From NCBI RefSeq assembly GCF_004010195.1, contig NC_057711.1, forward strand, positions 82,923,237-82,987,236: DNA of 64,000 bases, given 5' to 3'. Shown piece after piece: positions 38,629-46,039 of this stretch (positions are counted from its first letter, which is position 1; each line of letters opens with the position of its first letter). The notes below the pieces were generated by a model. That model had not been told where the DNA came from, did no database searches, and saw only the letters and a list, made by a program, of their open reading frames with translations. This DNA is from Chiloscyllium plagiosum. Taxonomy: Eukaryota. The translations under genes were made by a program, and so were the position numbers.

Positions 38629-38682
38629 ACTATATTCATTAATACCACATTCTCATTCATTCATTCATAACCCATTCATAAC

Positions 38683-39000
38683 GGGCGGCACGGTGGCACA
38701 GTGGTTAGCACTGCTGCCTCACAGCGCCAGAGACCTGGGTTCAATTCCCGCCTCAGGCAACTGACTGTGTGGAGTTTGCACATTCTCCCCGTGTCTGCGT
38801 GGGTTTCCTCCGGGTGCTCCGGTTTCCTCCCACAGTCCAAAGATGTGCAGGTCAGGTGAATTGGCCATGCTAAATTGCCCGTAGTGTTAGGTAAGGGATA
38901 AATGTAAGGGTATGGGTGGGTTGCGCTTTGGCGGGGCGGTGTGGACTTGTTGGGCCGAAGGGCCTGTTTCCACACTGTAAGTAATCTAATCTAATCTAAT
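38683..39000 (+). mobile_element. Full-length HE1-type tRNA-derived V-SINE
   Basis: A box TGGCACAGTGG (38694-38704), B box GGGTTCAATTCC (38737-38748), V-domain TGTGTGGAGTTTGCACATTCTCCCCGTGTCTGCGTGGGTTTCCTCCGGGTGCTCCGG, CR1-derived tail GGGCCGAAGGGCCTGTTTCC and (TAATC)n. Confidence 0.93.
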
Positions 39001-39289
39001 CCTTTACTAACCCATTGTTTACTATAATGTGTTTTCATTCATTCACATACTGCATTTTTGTAGAGCATTTTACTATCACAAGATAGACTAAATTAAAACA
39101 TTACTTCCAAACCCATTACTGCTCCCTCACACCTTCAACCCTTATCAGACCTTTTTACATCAAAAGCTACCTTGGGGTGTATTGTACTTCTGCCCGATTT
39201 TGATTGAGGTCTTCCCTAACGAGAATTGTACCTCAGGGTAGTTCTGTAACTGCTGGAGCATTTCTTCCTTGGTTATATCAAGAGATGGG

Positions 39290-40200
39290 TCCTCTAGCAG
39301 TGAACGCAATGAGGACTGGAGATGCCCAGCACCACTTTTGCGACCCCTTAAAACCAAAAAAGTGAAAATAGAGAAAGTGATTAGGCAAAGATTAGAGGAC
39401 GGCACTGAGGTGGATGTTCCAGTAAAAACAGACTTCACTGTACACCGTGCATGGACCTGTGATCCCTGAAAACAGGTGGTCTAAAGAAATACCTCACCCA
39501 AAGGAGGGGCCAATGAAGGCATGGGAAAGCCTAGACCAGTTAAGGGGAATATATATGCTCCATCCCTCGGACAGGGTGCAGATTTTGAGTGTGATTGTAA
39601 CTAAAGGAGAAGGACAACTTCTCCATGAGGCAGTCAAAGGTGCTCTTGGAGAGTATGAGCAGGAGCTGCAAGCTGGCTGGACAGCGATAAAACAGTGGTC
39701 ACAGGGGTATAGTCCACATAAGACCAATTGAACAAAAGTCACAACTTGCTGTCAAAACCCACAGAAGTCCCGGAATATGAGTAAAGATTTAGAACGACCT
39801 GGAAAGAATATGCAGGAGTCCTAAATGTACAAGAAGACAGGGATTTTGAAGGTTGTGATTATGGCCCTCTGAAATCTGTTTTTGTGGTCGGACTTAAACC
39901 TGAGCCAATTAAAATATTGAAGCTCACCAAACCCGGACTGGAACCAGAGGGGGACTGACAAGTGGACTGAGCCCACCACCTCAACCATGACATGGGGCCA
40001 AACTGCAAGCCCTTCAGGCAGGATAGATGGGACAGAACCCCAGTAACTCCAGAAAGATGCCCAGGGAAGTGTCACTTCTGTGGGAAGGAAGGCCACTGGC
40101 CCAGGATGTGTTGGCAAAGGAGAAAAGGGAGAAGTTGCCCAATAAACAATGAGGAAGAGGAGACCCCGGAAGCTGGGAATAAGGCTCATCTCCCAGAACT
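39290..40200 (+). pseudogene. gag: ERV gag (capsid and nucleocapsid), frameshifted
   Basis: Capsid-like pieces in ORFs 39269-39469 and 39447-39731, an MHR-like segment at ~39720-39820, and the zinc knuckle CHFCGKEGHWPRMC (CX2CX4HX4C, 40070-40111). Confidence 0.8.
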
Positions 40201-40229
40201 GTTTAAAAAACTAACCATCCAGCAGAGGG

Positions 40230-42990
40230 CAGACAGATTGTATGTGACCATGAGGGCAACCTGGACATTTGAGTACCTTTTGGACACAGGAGCAGAATCG
40301 ATATGCCTACCCCAGAGTTATGAGACCAAACTTCCTCTAGACTACACAGTGAGGACGGCTTATGGAGCTGGAGCTGATAGGATTTAAATTAAAAGGACCA
40401 AACCCATACACATTGAATTCAGCCCCCATGAGTTAGCAACCTTTATATGGGTAGGGCCTGTAGCCCAGCTGCTCCTTGGAATGGATATTCTCACCCAACT
40501 GAATTCATTTTTACATTTCAATGGATAGATAATGTGGTCCATCGGAACCCTACAAATGGAAGAATTAAAAGGTCACCCCATCTGGGTTAAAAACAAGGAT
40601 GATTGCGGGTTACTGAAAATGGAACCTGCAACTCTTACAGGAACACCTCCCCCTTGCACTAGGTGGTACCCCATCAGCCCGACGTCTACTGTAAGAATCC
40701 TCCCGGCAGTTCAGAAGTTAGAGGAAAAAGGGACTTTGATAAAAACCCGTAGCACTTATAACAGCCCGGTGTGGCCCAAGCGAAAGGCAAGTGGGAAATG
40801 GATATTAACTTCAGATTACACGAAAGCTGGATGGGCTGGCACAACACTTCACACTGTCATGACATCAGAAAGCCTACCCTCTGGACCATTGGCACAGCAA
40901 GTGAAATTACAGGCTCTGACTGAAGCCTGCAAACAGCAAAAGATCAGTCTGCCACCTTTTACACACACTCCTGCTATGCTTTTGGAGTTGCCCACGCCTT
41001 TAAAGGACTGACTGGAACTTTCACTGTTCCTAACATAGTCATAGAGATGTACAGCATGGAAACAGACCCTTCGGTCCAACTTGTCCATGCCGACCAGATA
41101 TCGCAACCCAATCTAGTCCCACATGCCAGCACCCGGCCCATATTCGTCCAAACCCTTCCTATTCATATACCCATCCAAATGCTCTTAAATGTTGCAATTG
41201 TACAGGCCCCCACCACTTCCTCTGGCAGCTCATTCCATACCCGTACCACCCTCTGTGTGAAAAAGGTGCCCTTTAGGTCTCTTTTATATCTTTCCCCTCT
41301 CACCCTAAACCTATGCCCTCTAGTTCTGGACTCCCTGACCCTAGGGAAAAGACTTTGCTTACTTACCCTATCCATGCCCTTCATCATTTTGTAAACCTCT
41401 ATAACGTCACCCCTCAGCCTCCAACGCTCCAGGGAAAACAGCCCCAGCCTGTACAGCCTGTCCCTACAGCTCAAATCCTCCAACCCTGGCAACATCCTTG
41501 TAAATCTTTTCTGAACCCTTTCAAGTCTTACAACATCTTTCCGATAGGAAGGAGACCAGAATTGCACGCAATATTCCAACAGTGGTCTAACCAATGTCCT
41601 GTACAACTGCAACATGACCTCCCAACTCCTGTATTCAATCCTCTGACCAATAAAAGAAAGCATACCAAACGCCTTCTTCACTATCCTATCTACCTGCGAC
41701 TCCACTTTCAAGGAGCTATGAACCTGCACTCCAAGGTCTCTTTGTTCAGCAACACTCCCTAGGACCTTACCATTAAGTGTATATGTCCTGCTCTGCTTTG
41801 CTTTCCCAAAATGCAGCACCTCGCATTTATCTGAATTAAATTCCATCTGCCACTTCTCAGCCCATTGGCACATCTGATCAAGATCCTGTTGTAATCTGAG
41901 GTAACCTTCTTCGCTGTTCACTACACCTCCAATTTTGGTGTCATCTGCAAACTTACTAACTTAGTCTTACGCTCGCATCCAAATCATTTATGTAAATGAC
42001 AAGAAGTAGAGGACCCTGCACCAATCCTTGTGGCACTCCACTGGTCACAGGCCTCCAGTCTAAAAAACAATCCTCCACCACCACCCTCTGTCTTCTACCT
42101 TTGAGTCAGTTCTTTATACAAATGGCTAGTTCTCCCTGTATTCCATGAGATCTAACCTTGCTAAGCAGTCTCCCATGGGGAACCTTGTCGAAAGCCTTAC
42201 TGAAGTCCATATAGATCACGTCTACCACTCTGCCCTCATCAATCCTCTTTGTTAATTCTTCAAAAAACTCAATCAAGTTTGTGAGACATGATTTCCCACG
42301 CACAACGCCATGTTGACGATCCCTAATCAGTCCTTACCTTTCCAAATACATGCACATCCTGTCCCTCAGGATTCCCTCCAACAACTTGCCCACTACCGAG
42401 GTCAGGCTCACTGGTCTATAATTCCCTGGCTTGTCCTTACCACCCATCTTAAACCATGGCATCACATTTGCCAACCTCCAATCTTCCAATACCCAACATC
42501 TACAAACATTTGAGTAGGTGGAAAGAATGAACCACATCCTGAAACAGTGACTAGCTAAATGCCCCCAGGAGGAGAAGCCTTGTCCCAGACTTTACCAATA
42601 GTTTTGTGTCAGGACCTCCACCAAGAAAACAACAGGTCTGAGTCCCTTCGAAATAGTGACAGGCAGGCCAATGTCCCTATCCAGGACAATACGTTTACAG
42701 AGGGACAACTGTCATGTTATGACTGATGCCCTATCCTACTGTCAGCTACTAACCAATGCTGTAAGGTCTGCTTCCTCACAGGTATTGGCTGCCTGAAAGG
42801 ACCCACCAGAGGGAGGTCACAACATTGTACCAGGTGAGTGAATTCTTGTGCAAAAGATCCACAAGGAACCCTGAGGCGTGAAATGGGAAGGACCATGCCA
42901 CGTGCTGTCGATCACCCAGTTGGCTGTCAAAGTCTGAGGAAAGAAGGCCTGAATTCACGCCTTCCACATCAAACGGACATCCCATGGTGA
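40230..42990 (+). pseudogene. pol: ERV pro-pol with two large internal deletions and a CR1 insertion
   Basis: PR YLLDTGA (~40274-40294). RT N-terminus DCGLL...YPI...YNSPVWP...GKWILTSDY is fused directly to RNase H (KAGWA...AQ..L.AL.EAC; FYTHSCYAFGVAH). Integrase: WNFHC / VERMN..LK..LAK, GLSPFEIVTGRPM, KWEGP...AVKV...IHASHIK. Confidence 0.9.
41037..42490 (-). mobile_element. Young 5'-truncated CR1 inserted into the ERV integrase
   Basis: 252-aa intact ORF2 C-terminus (41163-41921) and RT motifs (DFSKAFDKVPH). Approximate TSD C(T/C)AACAT. Integrase sequence rejoins across it. Confidence 0.93.
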
Positions 42991-43042
42991 TCAGTCAGTC
43001 TCTGGTCCTCAATACAGCAGGAACAGAGACTGACTGACCACC

Positions 43043-43141
43043 ATGGTGTTTATTATTGTTATTCTAACTGTGCATGTTTTCTTTTTTGTAAAGCGCAGTT
43101 GCCAACAAACTGGTAAAAATATGTACTATCCCCAACTGTGA
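43043..43141 (+). pseudogene. 32-codon ORF, probable Env transmembrane anchor and cytoplasmic tail remnant
   Basis: MVFIIVILTVHVFFFVKRSCQQTGKNMYYPQL*: hydrophobic run, basic stop-transfer residues and terminal YxxL, located between IN and the PPT. Kozak context ACCACCATGG. Confidence 0.5.
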
Positions 43142-43232
43142 GCCATGTCTTCACAAGCCCCTCCAATATCTGAAAGACCCAAGTAGTATGTTTGAGATAG
43201 GATAAGAATTGAGTGATTCTCGTCGCAAGGTC

Positions 43233-43244
43233 AAAAGGAGGGAC
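43233..43244 (+). promoter_or_regulatory. Polypurine tract
   Basis: AAAAGGAGGGAC immediately before the TGTGAG LTR start. Confidence 0.85.
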
Positions 43245-44112
43245 TGTGAGACATTGTGTTATAAGTATCTTTACCAACTCACTCTTTAGCTTGTTATATT
43301 CATTATTACTGCATTTCCATGAATTCATTCATAACCCTTTAGTAACATTGTTTATGATAATGTGTTTTCATTCATTCATAAAACCTGTTTTTGTAGCGTA
43401 TTTTACAGTTGCACAATAGATAAAACATTACTTCCAAACCCATTCCTGCTCCTTCACACCTTTAACCCTTATCAGATCTATTTGCATCAAAAGCTACCTC
43501 TCAATAAAGACTACTAACCTACTCAGAAACAATACCCTCACCATCATAGTGTCTCCACAATCCATCCAAAACTTTGGAAAGATTATAAAATTAATCAGCC
43601 CTTACTAACCGCCTCTCAGGATCTGACTAGGTGGCAGAACATCAAAACGTTTCCCCAACTAGTATGTACTTGTCAAATTCATTCAACAGGGCCGCTATCC
43701 CTTTACTGTCAAAACAGCGCTTTCATGAAACGACATGAATGAATGAAACTCACACCGGCAAATGGTAAACAAATCTCACAATCCAGCTGCGGTAATCAGT
43801 TTAATACCCTTTATTCTTTTAATAAGTACATGTATAATTTCTAACTTATTTAGAGTATATAGGCCTATGTTTTACTAACATTGCAAATTTAAAAGACAAA
43901 AGGACTAACACCTCCTAATTATGCAAGCTCAGACTGGACAGACATTCTAATCCCATCAGAAGCAACAGCCAGCATTTAACAAATGTTTAAACCGTCTCCT
44001 GTTTCCCCAGGACAGAAGTCACCCAAACCTTTGTGTATAACAGATGAAGCAATGTACCACTATAATGATGGAATTTTAACACACACATATATATATAAAC
44101 TGTGTATAAAGC

Positions 44113-44795
44113 GGGATGGGACCATTTGCCACAGCAGATTCGCCGCCGACATTAGCCACTGCCCTTTGACCACCGAGGACGCTTAGCCACCGCAAATAAG
44201 TTTAAAATGTTAGAGAACAAGCATTTCTAAACTATATAAAATTGTCGTTATATTGGTTAAGGTAGTGTTTGCATTGTTTCAGTAACAACTTATTTTCGTT
44301 ACAGGAGAGTTTTTTTAAGCTTGTATTTTTTTTCCATTTACCCTCAAGTCTTCAAAATGGAAACAGAAATTATTAGTGAACGTGGAAATAAGAAGTTTTA
44401 CCACGATGGTTTTATATATGTTTTTGATAAACTGTCCAAGAGTGATTCAAGTATTAAGTTTTGGTGATGTGAACATTCTTATTGTGTTCTTATTAACGAA
44501 TGTGGAGCTGATGTCCCTCAGTCAGTCCGAGCATCTTTACCGACGACAAGCAGCATGAAAAAAATAATTCGAAGAGGAATGATAGGAGACGCAGGCGATA
44601 GAATACAAAAAATTGTTCTTGAATACGGTGAAAGAGATAAAGAACAGGTGGGAGGGAAAACAATCAGTCGATATATATATTTCCGGTGGCGAATGGTCTC
44701 CAGAGGTCAATGACCCCACCTGAGGAACACTGGTGGAGAAATGGCAGTGGCTAATTATCGGCGACGAATCTACTGTGGTGAATCGTTACCAACCC
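44113..44795 (+). mobile_element. Non-autonomous Mutator-like (MULE, FLYWCH/Phantom-type) DNA transposon, 683 bp
   Basis: Imperfect ~50-bp TIRs (GGGATGGGACCATTTGCCACAGCAGATTCGCCGCCGACATTAGCCACTGCC versus its reverse complement at 44743-44795) built from repeated ATT(C/A/T)GCCAC motifs. 9-bp imperfect TSD GTATAAAGC / TTATAAAGA. Confidence 0.8.
44357..44713 (+). pseudogene. Internally deleted FLYWCH-MULE transposase remnant (119 codons, one internal TGA)
   Basis: METEIISERGNKKFYHDGFIYVFDKLSKSDSSIKFW*CE resembles the FLYWCH N-half (S.RG...GF.Y...FWRC; TGA at 44465 probably from CGA). It is followed by LINE...ASLPTTSSMKKIIRR and DRIQKIVLEYGERD, which resemble the linker and C-terminus of such transposases. 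Confidence 0.75.
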
Positions 44796-46039
44796 TTATA
44801 AAGAGGCTACTGTAAACTATTCTGGGATTCTCTTGCCGTCTTGAACTGTGTTACTGCAGTTGCTGAATAAAGAGGCTATTTTTGACACTCACCAATTTTG
44901 GTTGGTGTTAAACATGATCCCACAGATGGAGGAGCCCCACACATCATTACAAAAGATAAGGAAGTAGCACTTGCAGCAATCTTCAGCAAGACATGCCAAG
45001 GCTGATCCACGTTGGCCTCCTCCTGTGGTCCCCAGCATCATAGATGCCAGTTCTTCAACCAATTTGAATCACTCCACCAACAACACTCAACAGCAGCATT
45101 GTGTGCTATCTACAAATGCACTGCAGAAATTCAAAGTACCTTAGACAACAATTTAGATGATCACTTCCATCTTGAAAATCAAGGGTACAGATACATGGGA
45201 AAACCACCATCTGTAAGTTCACCTCCAAGTTAGTCATTGTCCTGACTTGGAAATGTTTCGGTATTCCTTCACTGTAACTGGGGTGAAACCCTGGAATTCC
45301 CTTCCCAACAGCATTGTAGGTCCACCTACAGCACATGGACTGCAGCAGTTCAAGAGGGCAGCTCAACACCACCACCTCTACAGCAACTAGAGACAGGCAA
45401 TAAATACTGACCAGCCAGCAACACCCCTATCCCACAAGTGAATAAACAAAAAAACCTGAGAAACCCAGAATTGGCTGTGAATCTGCTGCCTACTCTGCCT
45501 GAGAGGATACATCCATCAGATGGTTTGTGCAATCCAACGCTGGCAAAAATAGCATCAGTCATTTAGCAGATACAGTGGGTTGTTTTGAGGTGCCACTATG
45601 ATCTGCAGCTGATTCTGGAAAGGCGCCAAAAGTGAATCATTACAATCTACTGTAAGTTTGATGGTTATGGGCAGCACACAAGAACTAGTACAGCAGATAT
45701 ATGGTCTTTGGAAAGGAAGTCACAGTTATCTGAGGCCATCTGCCCCCTGCAGCACTGGCTCTCAGGCACCTCCTGGTAGCCCTACCTTGATGAAGATGTG
45801 ACATCCATTTCTTTCCTGCCTCTTCTTCCTTTCTGACCCCGCTTAATGCTGGGATCGGCCATTTCTCTGGAGGATTTGGCTCCTCATAATCACTCGGTTC
45901 AAAATGATTGTATTGGGGCTACAATATATACAATTCGCAGTCTTCCTTTGGACAGGGCTTCTAGTCACAGGCTGGTTCTCTGTCAAATCCATTGCCAAGG
46001 GGCAGGGGTAGGAAACTTGGAATGAGCATTATGTTCCAA

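Larger units (their letters stand above)
38364..39172 (+). repeat. 5' LTR remnant (U3 start only; downstream part, PBS and leader deleted)
   Basis: TATGAGATATTATGTTATCAGTATC... aligns with 43245 onward (5 mismatches in the first 38 nt) up to ATCAAAAGCTACCT, once the two nested inserts are removed. Confidence 0.88.
38364..44923 (+). mobile_element. Defective endogenous retrovirus provirus (LTR-gag-pro-pol-env remnant-LTR)
   Basis: 4-bp TSD GATG (38360-38363 / 44924-44927), two homologous LTR starts, PPT, CA end, and retroviral Gag/PR/RT/RH/IN motifs. Confidence 0.92.
43245..44923 (+). repeat. 3' LTR (~990 bp excluding the MULE insert)
   Basis: TG start after the PPT, duplicated TATA (44104-44112 and 44796-44804), AATAAA at ~44865, and end ...GATCCCACA followed by the TSD. 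Confidence 0.85.
36910..45460 (+). mobile_element. LINE family B (CR1/L2 clade) with tRNA-like head; host of the ERV (LINE sequence at 36910-38363 and 44924-45460)
   Basis: A/B-box-like head. APE motifs LLTNIWGLVPKLGELSH, FDLTLTN and SDH. ...CCTCAGTGATG rejoins GATGGAGGAGCC across the ERV. The 3' tail matches 55340-55745. Confidence 0.8.

Noticed and set aside
38683..38755. tRNA gene
   Set aside because: The A/B boxes belong to the tRNA-derived SINE head and continue into the V-domain and LINE tail.
38676..38975. 99-aa ORF MWKQALRPNK... (similar at 48965-49174)
   Set aside because: Antisense reading of the HE1 SINE, not a gene.
44704..44716. AGGTCA-A-TGACCC nuclear-receptor IR1 site
   Set aside because: A single 13-mer inside the transposon's subterminal region with no independent support for function.
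44113..44795. Inverted repeats in U3 first read as a duplicated bidirectional viral promoter
   Set aside because: Better explained as MULE TIRs: a 9-bp TSD flanks them and a transposase remnant lies between them.
43245..44923. 1.68-kb LTR suggesting a foamy virus
   Set aside because: About 690 bp is the MULE insert, and Gag has a CCHC knuckle, which foamy viruses lack.
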